From: Felis catus
Lineage: Eukaryota
Assembly (NCBI RefSeq): GCF_018350175.1
Contig: NC_058383.1
Coordinates: 26,724,001 to 26,788,000, forward strand
Reading direction: 5' to 3'
DNA: 64,000 bases
Below the pieces are notes generated by a model, which saw only the letters and a program-made list of their open reading frames with translations, did not search any database and was not told the origin of the DNA. Positions 63,630-64,000 of this stretch are shown one piece after another. Within the stretch, counting starts at the first letter, position 1. Every line of letters begins with the position of its first letter. A program made the position numbers and the translations under genes.

Positions 63630-64000
63630 AATTTTTTTAATAGGTAATACTTTCACATCGTTTGAACTTCAAAACATGCAAAAGGATAAACACTGAAAGA
63701 CCTCTAGCTTTTCCATGGACTGTTCCCTGCCCTCAAGGCAACAGATGAACCATTCTAGACAATATGTATACATAAGCGAAATGTGCTTATTCTGTCCCTC
63801 CTTTTTTCTTTTTGAAACATAAAAGATGCCTGCTTTTTCTATTTGCTTTTTCCCCCTTTCTCTGTAATATGTATCTTAGAGATTCTTCCACGGGAGCGCA
63901 CAGAGAACTTTCTTATTCTTTTTTTCAGGAGCCCGCAGAGCATACTATGTAGTAGACTATATATAGTTCATCCCTGCAGTCTCCTATTGGTGGATGTTTT
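63630..64000 (-). mobile_element. Old L1ME-like fragment
   Basis: atatgtatcttagagattcttcca...cagtctcctattggtggatg. Confidence 0.55.

Noticed and set aside
1..64000. CRISPR arrays, operons, tRNA/rRNA genes
   Set aside because: Mammalian DNA; tRNA-like A/B boxes belong to SINE heads, and no regular repeat-spacer array was seen

Overview
Mammalian genomic DNA, almost certainly a felid, judged from numerous feliform-type CAN-SINEs (SINEC_Fc-like) and carnivore L1 3' ends. The window is intergenic or deep-intronic and largely interspersed repeats (SINEC, L1, L2, MIR, MLT/ERVL LTRs, hAT DNA transposon fossils). I see no spliced host gene. The one gene-derived feature is an intronless minus-strand retrocopy of SLC25A5 (ANT2, ADP/ATP translocase 2) at ~32760-33990, with UTRs and a poly(A) remnant. 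Its 293-codon frame is still open despite two in-frame deletions and an altered RRRMMM motif. It lies in the A-tail of a same-orientation SINE, which itself sits inside an L2. Other points of interest are five tail-to-tail nested SINE pairs, a split Zaphod/MER115-like hAT fossil with an internal duplication, a CpG-rich insert with a ~70-nt hairpin next to a cryptic RSS-like motif, and several repeat-free homeodomain/RFX-motif clusters resembling developmental enhancers. Repeat family names come from recalled consensus similarity, not a database search, and boundaries are approximate.
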